Positions 48,985-57,824 of a DNA stretch of 64,000 nt are shown here, piece by piece. The position numbers were made by a program, and so were the translations under genes. The DNA is from Candidatus Multivorans sp. (GTDB taxonomy: Bacteria > Acidobacteriota > Thermoanaerobaculia > Multivoradales > Multivoraceae): positions 480,001 to 544,000 of the forward strand of contig OZ245033.1 of NCBI GenBank assembly GCA_965224025.1, read 5' to 3'. A model generated the notes under the pieces. That model was not told the origin of the DNA, searched no databases, and worked only from the letters and a program-made list of their open reading frames with translations. Within the stretch, counting starts at the first letter, position 1, and each line of letters starts with the position of its first letter.

Positions 48985-49806
48985 ATGACCGACGTCGACC
49001 TGACCATCCTGGAAGTCACGGCGCCGTGGGAGTGGCCAAACACTGCAGGCGAGGCCGTCTTGAAGAGACTCCGCGACAAACAGGCCGACGAAGCCGAACG
49101 CCTTCTGGCCGCCGAACTGGCCGGCGAGATCGTCATCGTCAGCCAGGACCTCACGAAGGCGCTGTCGGCGATCGTCTCAGACCCGGGCGCTTCCGACGAA
49201 CTCCGCGGCCGGGCCGCAATCGCGCTTGGGCCGGTGCTCGAGGAGATGGACGTCCACGAACCGCTCGGCAACGAACTGGATCCGCCACCGATTCCGCCAC
49301 ACGAGTTCCAGAGGATCCGGTGGGAACTGCAAGCCGTCTACCGAGCGGCAGACACGCCGAAGGAGGTGCGCCGCCGGATTCTGGAGGCGTCGGTCCGCGC
49401 GCCCGAGGCCTGGCACCAGGGAGCGATTCGGGAGGCGTACGACCGCGACGACGACGAATGGCGGCTGACCGCCGTCTTCTGCATGGGTCGCGTCCAGGGT
49501 TTCACGAGCGAGATCCTGGCGTCGCTGAAGGACCCGGCTGAAGCGGTCCGTTTCGAAGCCGTCCAAGCGGCCGGATTGCGTGAGGTCCGTGCCGCCTGGC
49601 CGCACGTGGCCCGTCTGCTCCGGTCGCCGGACACCGACAGGCAACTGCTGCTCGCGGCAATCGAAGCCAGCGTCGGCGTTCGCGGGAAAGCGACGATCGA
49701 GTTCCTGGGTCATCTATCAGCGTCCAAGGACGAGGAGATCGCCGAGGCAGCCGAGGAAGCGACGATGATGGCGAACGCGCTCTACGGCGATCTCTCTGAG
49801 TGGTAG
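48985..49806 (+). CDS. HEAT-repeat protein
   Basis: LRGRAAIALG, VRRRILEA, LKDPAEAVRFEAVQAAG; RBS GAGGAGAGG. Confidence 0.8.
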   Translation: MTDVDLTILEVTAPWEWPNTAGEAVLKRLRDKQADEAERLLAAELAGEIVIVSQDLTKALSAIVSDPGASDELRGRAAIALGPVLEEMDVHEPLGNELDPPPIPPHEFQRIRWELQAVYRAADTPKEVRRRILEASVRAPEAWHQGAIREAYDRDDDEWRLTAVFCMGRVQGFTSEILASLKDPAEAVRFEAVQAAGLREVRAAWPHVARLLRSPDTDRQLLLAAIEASVGVRGKATIEFLGHLSASKDEEIAEAAEEATMMANALYGDLSEW

Positions 49807-49838
49807 CGGGAGCCTGTCGAGCCCGCACGCCGGCGCCG

Positions 49839-50495
49839 TCAGTCCGGCAGGGTGGTTCGGCAATCCGCCACCAAACTGTCAACGCGCGACCGAAAGTCCC
49901 TCTTGACCAGATCCCACTCGATGTCGGCCAGGAGCCGCAACGGCGGATCGCGTTCTGCGTCGTCAAAGTGAACGAGACTGCGAACGACGTGTCCCACGTC
50001 CCGCACCTCGAACTTCTCTTGGTACAGAGCCAGATACTCCGCCAGCGGACGGTGACGCGTCACCAGTACCCAGAGATCGACGAAGTCCTTGCGACTGCCG
50101 CGATTGGCGATGGCCGACAGCTTCATGGCCGCGATGTCATCTCGATTGGCTAGCCGCATGGCGTCAGTGTCGGACGACACGGTCGGGCCCAGAAGTGGGT
50201 ACTTGTACTCGATCACCGACACCTGGACGCCAAGCACGTCGAGGTAAACGGTACCTGCACTCAGCGACGTGACCGAGTGTTCCGGTATGTGCCGCCGCAA
50301 GAGGCGCAGCACGTCCTCGGTATCCGGCAGCCGCTCGGTGAAGACATCCAAGTCCACCGAGACCCGATGCCCCTCCATGAGGGCGAGGCCCGTTCCGCCC
50401 GCCAGGTAGTAGTCCCCGCCGGCCAGAGCCCGCGAAACGAGGTCGAAGGCGGCACGCGCTTTCGGCTCAAGAGCCTCCCAATGCAGCGTGCTCAT
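49839..50495 (-). CDS. AbiEii/AbiGii family nucleotidyltransferase toxin
   Basis: YLAGGTGLAL..GHRVSVDLDVF, MKLSAIANRGSRKDFVDL. Confidence 0.9.
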   Translation of the reverse strand: MSTLHWEALEPKARAAFDLVSRALAGGDYYLAGGTGLALMEGHRVSVDLDVFTERLPDTEDVLRLLRRHIPEHSVTSLSAGTVYLDVLGVQVSVIEYKYPLLGPTVSSDTDAMRLANRDDIAAMKLSAIANRGSRKDFVDLWVLVTRHRPLAEYLALYQEKFEVRDVGHVVRSLVHFDDAERDPPLRLLADIEWDLVKRDFRSRVDSLVADCRTTLPD

Positions 50496-50797
50496 CCGCG
50501 CCACGCGGCTTCGCGTTTCCGAGCCGCCCGCACCCACTCAGCCGTCCGTTCTTCCGTCACCGAGCTGGCGAAGGCCCAGAAGTTGAGTTCGCGCGGCGGG
50601 AGCACCCTCCGGCCGCGTTCCTCCAGGAAACGCCGTCGCCGTTCCGGGCTGCAGGTCGACAGGAGCCATCGCATCGGCTCCCAGCCTCCGCGAGCCATGA
50701 CACGTTCGATCACGACCTCGGGCAGCTCGGGCTCGGCCCTCAGCGCTTCAAGATCGTATTCCCAGAGTAGACGCTCGACCGCAGTGGGGAAACGCAC
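50492..50797 (-). CDS. DUF6922-like antitoxin partner of AbiEii
   Basis: LLWEYD..L......VIERVMARG, NFW; ATGA-coupled to the toxin. Confidence 0.75.
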   Translation of the reverse strand: MRFPTAVERLLWEYDLEALRAEPELPEVVIERVMARGGWEPMRWLLSTCSPERRRRFLEERGRRVLPPRELNFWAFASSVTEERTAEWVRAARKREAAWRG

Positions 50798-50801
50798 CTG
50801 C

Positions 50802-52595
50802 TCATTCTACCGGGGCATCGCCGCGGCGCCGCCGCTGGTACAGGAAGGAAACGGCCACCAGCAACGCGCCAACAATCAGGAAGGAGAGGATCCGGTAGCC
50901 CTGGTCCAGGAAGGACAGGTCGATGAGGAAGGTCTTGGCGACCACGACCAGCAGCAACGCCAGACCCTGCCATCGGAGGGCGGCGGCTTCGCGGCGGATG
51001 CCCGCGGCAACAAGCACCGCCGCCCACGCCAGCCACAGCGCCGATAGAGCGACCTGCGCGGCGAGATTCAGGTCCAGGTCGAGACTGAGTCCCTGCACGA
51101 AGTCCCACGTCTCGAGCGACACGGCGATGAGCGCGGCGACGTTGGCGATGCCGAGACCGATTGCCCAACCCACGCGCTCCAGGGGCAGCGGCTCTTCCAG
51201 GATGCGGCGCGCGGTGAACCCGGCTACGGCAAGCCCGATCGCCGCCCCGGCCAGGGTGAGGAACCGGAGGTTGACGAACAGGATCTGATCGGCCTGCCCG
51301 AGGAGCGCCTGCGGCGCCATCAACAGGACGACGCCGAACAGCCCCACCGAGAAGACGCGCATCCACAGCGATGGCAGGCGGGCCCCGGCGATCGCCAGCG
51401 CGACGGCTTCGGCCGTCCAGGCCACCGTGGTCCAGTCGCTTTCGAGCCGGATCGGGAAGGCGATCGTCGCCAGCAACGCCGCCTGGACCGCGAACAAGTC
51501 CTGCAACTGCCGTCCCTGGCGGTCTTGGCCGGCGCTCCGGCTCCCGAACACGCGGGACAACACGAAGTAGAGAGCGGCCAGCGCCAGAACGGCGCCGGTC
51601 AGCAGCCAGCGGTGTTCGTCGTACAGAAGTTGCTGCAGCAGCAGCACGTAGAAGCCGAGCGCCAATGCGAGCACGCCGATCTCGCTCGGGTGCAGGCGGC
51701 GCGCGAGACGCACGCGGGCCAGAGGCAGTGCGATGTAGACGATATAGAAGAGCGTCCCGAAGAGAGCGGTCGAGAGCAGCCGGTCGGGTTCGTAGAACTC
51801 CGCGTGCCAGGCGACGAAGTAGACGACCGTGGCGACCAGGGCCGCGGGCGCAAGAACGCGAAAGCCTCGCAGGAGTGCCAACGCGAGCAGGCTGGCGCTG
51901 AGCAGAGCGAGGTAGCTGAAGAGAACGACCTGCGCGTCGTCGCCGGTACTCAGAAGCGTCGGCGTCAGGTACCCGCCCGCGAGCGCAAGAGCCGCCAATT
52001 GCTGCGAGTCGCGGCGCACCGAAAGGCCAATGACCCCCGCGGTGACGAGAGCGAGGAAAACGAACGCGGCCAGCTGCGGCACGAGGGCGTAGAAGTCCCA
52101 GGCGGCATAGCCCGCGAGGTAGACGACGCCGGCGCCGAGAGCCGTCACCCCCTCGGCGAAGTACCGCATGCCGCGCGCGGCGAGCCACTCGCCGTAGACG
52201 CCGAGCGCCACGCCGCTGACGAGCCCGATCAGGACTCTTCCCGTCGGCCCGATCCACTCGTTCTCGAATGCGTAGCGGAGAAAGAAGGCCGCGGCGAACA
52301 GGAGCGTGAGGATGCCGAGGCGGTTCAGCCAGCGACCGCCGATCAGCGCCTCCAGATCGAGATCGCGCCAGGCAGCGGGCTTGGCTTTCGGAGCGTCCCC
52401 AACGCGAGGGCCGGCCTCGGCTGGCGTCACGGTGCGCGCGGCAGTCGCGTCGGGAGTGTCCACCGCCGCAGGCGCCGATTGCGACGGCGCCTTTTCGCCG
52501 GCGCTCCTCAGAGCCGCCACCTCGCGCTGCAGTTCCAGCACGCGGGCTTCAAGAGCCAGCACACGCTCGTCGAGTGGTTCTGGCGGCTCTGTCAC
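50802..52595 (-). CDS. DUF2339 family membrane protein
   Basis: LEALIGGRWLNRLG, WIGPTGR, KTFLIDLS.L...YRILSF. Confidence 0.9.
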   Translation of the reverse strand: MTEPPEPLDERVLALEARVLELQREVAALRSAGEKAPSQSAPAAVDTPDATAARTVTPAEAGPRVGDAPKAKPAAWRDLDLEALIGGRWLNRLGILTLLFAAAFFLRYAFENEWIGPTGRVLIGLVSGVALGVYGEWLAARGMRYFAEGVTALGAGVVYLAGYAAWDFYALVPQLAAFVFLALVTAGVIGLSVRRDSQQLAALALAGGYLTPTLLSTGDDAQVVLFSYLALLSASLLALALLRGFRVLAPAALVATVVYFVAWHAEFYEPDRLLSTALFGTLFYIVYIALPLARVRLARRLHPSEIGVLALALGFYVLLLQQLLYDEHRWLLTGAVLALAALYFVLSRVFGSRSAGQDRQGRQLQDLFAVQAALLATIAFPIRLESDWTTVAWTAEAVALAIAGARLPSLWMRVFSVGLFGVVLLMAPQALLGQADQILFVNLRFLTLAGAAIGLAVAGFTARRILEEPLPLERVGWAIGLGIANVAALIAVSLETWDFVQGLSLDLDLNLAAQVALSALWLAWAAVLVAAGIRREAAALRWQGLALLLVVVAKTFLIDLSFLDQGYRILSFLIVGALLVAVSFLYQRRRRGDAPVE

Positions 52596-52659
52596 TACTT
52601 GGTTACCTTCAAGGCAGCATCAGACGGTACCACTCCCCCTGACGGTGGCGGGCGCTAGA

Positions 52660-52710
52660 CCAGACCGGCGCTTCGCGCCGGATGCGGGCGAGACGCCCGC
52701 GTTCCCAGGG
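52660..52710 (+). repeat. REP-like palindromic repeat copy
   Basis: CCAGACCGGCGCTTCGCGCCGGATGCGGGCGAGACGCCCGCGTTCCCAGGG. Confidence 0.88.
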
Positions 52711-52813
52711 GCCGGATCCGTCTGAGCGCAACCCCTAGTTGGGCCAGTAGATGTGCTCATCGTCCGGAGCGCACCCGTCGCCGGCGCGAGCCGCCAGTGT
52801 TATCTTGCGCCGC

Positions 52814-53165
52814 ATGATCGACCTCTACTACTGGCCCACCTCGAACGGCTGGAAGGCCTCGATAGCGCTCGAGGAGATCGAACTGCCCTACAGCGTCGTG
52901 CCCGTCAACATCGGCCGCGGGGACCAGTTCAAGCCGGAGTTCCTGCGCATCAGCCCGAGCAACCGGATGCCGGCGAATCGTCGACCATGAACCGATGGGC
53001 GGCGGCGAGCCGCTGGCGATGTTCGAGTCCGGCGCCATCCTCCTCTACGTTGCGGAGAAGAGTGGCCGCTTCCTGCCCCAGGGCGTCCGCGAGCGCTGCG
53101 ACGTGACACAGTGGGTGATGTGGCAGATGGGCAATCTCGGCCCGACGCCGGGCCAGCACAATCAT
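52814..53165 (+). pseudogene. YfcG-like glutathione S-transferase, frameshifted (~52976) and 3'-truncated
   Basis: [51 protein letters not shown], after which homology ends. Confidence 0.88.
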
Positions 53166-53403
53166 GGTCTTCAGGCTGTTGTGTGGGCATGGAGCTGCAA
53201 GAGAGGCTGCCGATCGGCCTTGGACTGGCGAGATGAAGAGTGCCAAGACGTTCGAGAGGCTGTTGGGGGTCAAGCCGCCGTGGCGTGTGCGGGAGGTGGT
53301 GCTTGGCATGGACGAGCGGCATCCGCGTCGCCGGGGTCCGGTGGTTGGCGGCACGGTGGAGATCCACGTCGAGTTCGGAAAGACCTCGCCGACCGGCGAG
53401 TGA
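53166..53403 (+). mobile_element. 5' fragment of a probable ISL3-family element
   Basis: Begins GGTCTT at the GST breakpoint; ATG at 53233 gives [22 protein letters not shown]...VEIHVEF. Confidence 0.6.
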
Positions 53404-53434
53404 CGCCCGAGGCGCGACGATAGAATCCCCACCC

Positions 53435-54100
53435 ATGAGTCGGTTCTTCGACAAGACCCGCCTGCCGAAGGCGGGCGAGGCGCTTCCGGGGCGCGCCGAG
53501 ACGATTCCCGTCGCTCCACGCCACTACGTGCTCAAGGCGCCAATCGGGGAGCCGTACCCGGAAGGCAGCGAGCTGGCGATGTTCGGCCTCGGCTGTTTCT
53601 GGGGCGCCGAGCGCAAGTTCTGGGAAGCTCCCGGCGTGATCACGACCGCTGTCGGCTACGCCGCCGGGGCAACGCCGAACCCCACTTACCGCGAGGTCTG
53701 CAGCGGCATGACCGGTCACAACGAGGTCGTCCGCGTGGTGTTCGACCCCGAACGGATCTCGTACGAGGAGCTGCTTCGCATTTTCTGGGAGAGCCACGAC
53801 CCGACCCAGGGCATGCGTCAGGGGAACGACATCGGCACCCAGTACCGCTCCGGCGTCTATGTCTACTCCGAGGACCAGCGGCGGGCCGCCGAAGCGTCCC
53901 TCGGGGCGTACCAGCAGCGGCTTTCCGCCGCGCGCTTCGGCCGGATCACGACCGAGGTCTTGGATGCCCCCGAGTTCTACTTCGCCGAGGACTACCACCA
54001 GCAGTACCTGGCGAAGAACCCCGGCGGATACTGCGGCCTCGGCGGCACCGGTGTGACCTGTCAGACGGGACTCGAGCTGCCCGCGAGCCAGGCGGTCTGA
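53435..54100 (+). CDS. msrA: Peptide-methionine (S)-S-oxide reductase
   Basis: [43 protein letters not shown]. Confidence 0.97.
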   Translation: MSRFFDKTRLPKAGEALPGRAETIPVAPRHYVLKAPIGEPYPEGSELAMFGLGCFWGAERKFWEAPGVITTAVGYAAGATPNPTYREVCSGMTGHNEVVRVVFDPERISYEELLRIFWESHDPTQGMRQGNDIGTQYRSGVYVYSEDQRRAAEASLGAYQQRLSAARFGRITTEVLDAPEFYFAEDYHQQYLAKNPGGYCGLGGTGVTCQTGLELPASQAV

Positions 54101-54121
54101 GAGCGGCAACAAGGGAGAACG

Positions 54122-54358
54122 ATGGCGGACTCTACGGCCGCGCTAGCACGCGCTATCGGCTGGCTGCTCCTGATCGGCGGGGTGCTGGCGCTGGGCGGCT
54201 TCGCCATCTACGCGCTCATCGTCGACCGGGAAGCGCCCCTCTACATCAAACTCGGCGTCGGCGGCGTCTACGGCGGTCTGGCGCTGCTCCTGCTGTCGGT
54301 GCTGCGGCAGCGGCTGATCGCCCGCAAGACCGACAAGTACAAGGACGTGCAGATCTGA
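54122..54358 (+). CDS. Small two-TM membrane protein
   Basis: Two hydrophobic helices and a KTDKYKDVQI tail; RBS GGGAG. Confidence 0.8.
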   Translation: MADSTAALARAIGWLLLIGGVLALGGFAIYALIVDREAPLYIKLGVGGVYGGLALLLLSVLRQRLIARKTDKYKDVQI

Positions 54359-54375
54359 CCGCAGGGAGATCCCGG

Positions 54376-54690
54376 ATGCTGATTGCGACCACAGAGACGA
54401 TTGCCGGCCGGAACATCACCGAGACTCTGGGGCTCGTGCGCGGCAACACGATCCGCGCGCGACACGTGGGCAAGGACATCACCGCGGCCCTACGCAACCT
54501 GGTCGGCGGCGAGGTCACCGAGTACACCAAGATGGTGGCCGAGAGCCGCGAGCAGGCGCTCGACCGGATGGCCGCCCAGGCCGAGAGGCTCGGCGCCGAC
54601 GCCGTGGTCGCCGTGCGCTTCACGACCTCCGTGATCACGAGCGGCGCCGCCGAGCTGCTGGCGGTGGGGACGGCGGTGAAGCTGGACTAG
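54376..54690 (+). CDS. YbjQ/UPF0145 family protein
   Basis: LGLVRG, LVGGEVTEYT, REQALDRM...A..LGADAVV, GTAVKL. Confidence 0.93.
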   Translation: MLIATTETIAGRNITETLGLVRGNTIRARHVGKDITAALRNLVGGEVTEYTKMVAESREQALDRMAAQAERLGADAVVAVRFTTSVITSGAAELLAVGTAVKLD

Positions 54691-54692
54691 AT

Positions 54693-54738
54693 CCAGACCG
54701 GCGCTCCGCGCCGGATGCCGGCCGGAGGCCGGCGTACC
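54693..54738 (+). repeat. Left part of the REP-like copy interrupted by IS110 (right part CCCAGC at 56445-56450)
   Basis: CCAGACCGGCGCTCCGCGCCGGATGCCGGCCGGAGGCCGGCGTACC aligns with the 52660 copy. Confidence 0.85.
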
Positions 54739-54802
54739 TGTACCTTTCTCGGGTGGATTCTGGTGGGTCGTTGAGAGAGGTGGAATCGACCAGTAGCCGT
54801 CG

Positions 54803-54898
54803 CGGCTGCGGTAGCTGTGGGAAACCGGCTTGCCGGTTTTCCAAGGTCCGGCGGGAACGGTCTGCCGTTTTCCGCGGGACCGGCAGCTTCCGCAGCCG
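54803..54898 (+). ncRNA. Three-way-junction structured domain in the IS110 5' non-coding region
   Basis: Outer stem 54803-54817/54884-54898 (14 of 15 pairs) enclosing hairpins 54818-54843 and 54845-54881. Confidence 0.55.
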
Positions 54899-54947
54899 AG
54901 ACCGCCGGTCGGTTGCGTCTCCGGCCTGCCGGAGTCACTGAAGGAAA

Positions 54948-55102
54948 GTCGGCAAGCAGCCAGGAGCGACCACCGGCGTACTGTGCTTCGAGCACCTGGC
55001 TGGGACCCGTGCCCTGGCTGCTTCGCCGCGTTGGACGCCCAGTGGAGAGTCAGTGCCTTAGAGCACCAGTACAGGTACGGGCAGGCAACGCGGCATGCCG
55101 AC
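54948..55102 (+). ncRNA. IS110 bridge RNA core (target-binding and donor-binding loops)
   Basis: Guides CCGGCGTAC (54973-54981), GCTGGG (54999-55004), GTGGAGAGTC (55042-55051) and GTACAGG (55069-55075) match the target flanks and element ends; closing stems present. Confidence 0.9.
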
Positions 55103-55137
55103 CAGGCAACACTACCGCAAGGGAGAAGGAGGACGAG

Positions 55138-56390
55138 ATGACCAGGACGTGGTTCGTCGGCGTGGACTGGGGGTCCGAGACCCACCACGTGTGTGTGCTG
55201 GATCGGGACGGCAAGGTGAGGGGGGAGCGGGCGTTCGACCACAGCGGCAAGGGACTTGCCGCCATGGCCGACTGGCTCCTTGGACATACCCGACCGACGT
55301 CTCCGGACGAGATCGGCGTCGCCATCGAGGTGCCGCACGGACCGGTGGTCGAGACTCTCCTGGAGCGGGGCTTCGCCGTGCATTCGATCAACCCCAAGCA
55401 GCTCGACCGCTTCAGGGACCGCTTCTCCGTCGCCGGCGCCAAGGATGACCGCCGCGATGCACGGGTGCTCGCCGCCGCGCTTCGCACCGACCCCGAGTGC
55501 CTGAACCGCGTGCAACCATCCGATGCCGCCATCGTCATGCTGCGCGAGGTGTCCCGCGCCCGCAAGCAGTTGGTCAACCAGAAGAACCGCCTGGAGAACC
55601 AGGTCCGCGACCAGCTCTGGCGCTACTACCCGCAGTTTCTCGCCGTGGTCAAGAACGAGGTGTCGGCGCCCTTCGCGCTGGCCTTGTGGCGACTGGCGCC
55701 GACCCCCGGCAAGGCTCGACGGCTGCGCGAAGCCACGCTCGCCAAACTGCTCAAGGAACACCGCATCCGGCGCCTGACCTCCGCCCAACTGCGCGATCAA
55801 CTGCGGGCCGAGCCGATCGCCGTTTCCCCGGACACCGTTAAGGCCGCCGTCGAACACATAGGACTCCTCCGGCCGGTGCTCGACACCGTCTGCCGCCAAC
55901 TCGCCGACGCCGACAAGCGGCTGGAGCGGATGACCCGCGCACTCGAGGCCCCGGCCCAACGGGAAAACGACGACGACTCCCCTAAGCCGAGCGACGCCGC
56001 CATCCTCAGGTCGCTGCCCGGACTCGGCAAGGTCGGCCTCGCCACCCTGCTCTCCGAGGCCGATCAAAGCCTGGGCCGCAGAGACCACGAGGCACTGCGT
56101 TGCCTCTGCGGAGTGGCGCCGGTGACCGTCAAGTCCGGCAAGAAGCTCATCGTCATGCGACGACTCGCCGCCAACGAACACCTCAGCGACGCCGTCTATC
56201 ACTGGGGACGAGTCGCCATCCAGCACGACCCGATCAGCCGCGCCAAGTACGACGCCATGAAAGCCCAGGGAAAGACGCACGGACGCGCCATCAGACAACT
56301 CGTCGACCGACTCCTCGGCGTCGCCTGCGCCATGCTCCGAGGCCGACTCTCTTCGACCCCAACAAGCGATGCCATGCCCAGGTCGCATGA
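55138..56390 (+). CDS. IS110 DEDD recombinase/transposase (1-nt frameshift near 56345, in the last ~15 codons)
   Basis: VGVDWG, AIEVP, KDDRRDA, SLPGLG, GVAPVTVKSGK; RBS AGGAGG; the likely native tail TLFDPN..* is in the shifted frame. Confidence 0.93.
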
Positions 56391-56425
56391 CCTCCCTGAC
56401 CCGCAGCAGCCTCCCCAAAACACAC

Positions 56426-56431
56426 TTGCTA
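56426..56431 (+). promoter_or_regulatory. -35 half of the IS110 circle-junction promoter
   Basis: TTGCTA lies exactly 17 bp from TACCTT (54741-54746) once the ends are joined through CC. Confidence 0.75.
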
Positions 56432-56451
56432 AAGGGTGGAGAGTCCCAGCA

Positions 56452-57585
56452 TCACTCGCCGCTTCGCGGCTCGTTGCGCAGGCTCATCCGCTCCAGCACG
56501 CCCGCGACGAGCAGCGGCCACACCAGGGTGGCATCGGCGGGAACTTCGGCGAAGCGGCCGCCTTCGGAGGCGGGGACGAACTTGCCCCAGGACACCCCTT
56601 CGCTGTAGCCGCAGCCGGAGAGGCCGCCCCAATGCTCCGGTTCCGGGCAGATGCGGACGCCGTAGCGGAAGCGCTGGGGATCGGCTTCTTCGCCGTCCCG
56701 GCGCGCCGCCGCCTCGAGATAAGGCGCGACCTGCTGCGCCCAGTTCCGCGGCACGCCGCCGCCGATCGTGAAGATGCCGAGCCGTACAGCGCCGGAGACG
56801 AGGTCCGTGTAGTGCTCCAGGTCGAGGAAGGGATCGAAGCGAACCGGCGCCAGCCCGCGCTGGCGGCGCGCCCGATTGAACAGCGCGAAGTCGAGTCCGA
56901 TCTCCGAGTCCGTGAACGCGGGCACATAGACGGGGACGCCACGGCGCCAGGCGGAGGAAAGCACACCGCGCACCGGCCGGTTCTGGCCCGGCTCCGCCTC
57001 CGCCGGTGAACCCTCGCCTTCGCCCAGCCACCGCCCGAACGCCTCGTTCAGAGTCCGCGAACAGGCGACCTCGCCCTCCGGCCACTGCTCCAGGATGGCG
57101 TGGACGATGAGCTCAACCCGGTCCAGGTTGCTCTCCAGCTCCAGCGTGTCGTAGATGCGGTCGAAACCGGCGTAGTACGCGGAGCGGTCGTCCAGCGCGC
57201 CGTCGCCCGCCGGGACCTTGAAGTGGACCATGCCGGCGGACTCGACGAAGCCGTGGACCATCAGGGCCCCGGTGCAGACGATCGCGTCGAGCAGCCCGTG
57301 GTCGATCATGTCGCACAGGACGAGCCCCTGCTTGGCCGCGGTCAACGCGCCGGTGAACGTGCCGACCACCAGGCAGTCCGGATCCACAGCCATGTCATGG
57401 AGCACGTCCGCCGCCTCGCCAAGCTGACGGCCCCCGAAGGAGGTCGACTTCATCGCCGCGAGCAGATCCGAGAAGGACTCGACGGAGCCCAGATCGAGAG
57501 CCTCGAGCGGTTCCAGTCCTTGGCCGTCGCCGAACTCGGTCGGGCGACGCGCGCCGCCCGAGGACTTGGAAGGTCGATCGCTCAT
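56452..57585 (-). CDS. Deoxyhypusine synthase-like protein
   Basis: SFGGRQLGEA, CTGALMVH, DRIYD, VPAFTDSEIG, GGGVPRN, GGLSGC..SEGVSWGK, DAT. Confidence 0.9.
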   Translation of the reverse strand: MSDRPSKSSGGARRPTEFGDGQGLEPLEALDLGSVESFSDLLAAMKSTSFGGRQLGEAADVLHDMAVDPDCLVVGTFTGALTAAKQGLVLCDMIDHGLLDAIVCTGALMVHGFVESAGMVHFKVPAGDGALDDRSAYYAGFDRIYDTLELESNLDRVELIVHAILEQWPEGEVACSRTLNEAFGRWLGEGEGSPAEAEPGQNRPVRGVLSSAWRRGVPVYVPAFTDSEIGLDFALFNRARRQRGLAPVRFDPFLDLEHYTDLVSGAVRLGIFTIGGGVPRNWAQQVAPYLEAAARRDGEEADPQRFRYGVRICPEPEHWGGLSGCGYSEGVSWGKFVPASEGGRFAEVPADATLVWPLLVAGVLERMSLRNEPRSGE

Positions 57586-57824
57586 GAAGTCGCAGTCGAA
57601 GCTATCGCGGCAGGGAGTGGTGCACGACGCCGGTTTCGGCCCGTTTCTTGCTCAATGGAGCATCCATGTCCCGGTCAACTCAGGCTGTGACAGGATCCGC
57701 ACGCAAGGCAACGTACGTTTCGCTGCCGAAGGAGGGAGCTGCCGGCAGCGATTCCGAGGTTGGCCCCCTACCACTTCGGATCCGGATTCCGGCACGGGCG
57801 AGCCGAGTCCCGACTACGGCAGCG

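Larger units (their letters stand above)
54737..56446 (+). mobile_element. IS110-family element; CC core at both junctions, no TIR or TSD
   Basis: Junctions GGCGTA-CC-TGTACC and GGAGAGT-CC-CAGC; removing the element restores the REP. Confidence 0.92.

Noticed and set aside
49839-50797. AbiEii pair as a novel defence system
   Set aside because: It matches a common type IV-like TA arrangement with nothing unusual visible.
54817-57009. 730-aa IS110 fusion protein with extra domains
   Set aside because: The N-terminal part is the bridge-RNA region (real start 55138 with AGGAGG) and the C-terminal part is frameshift read-through.
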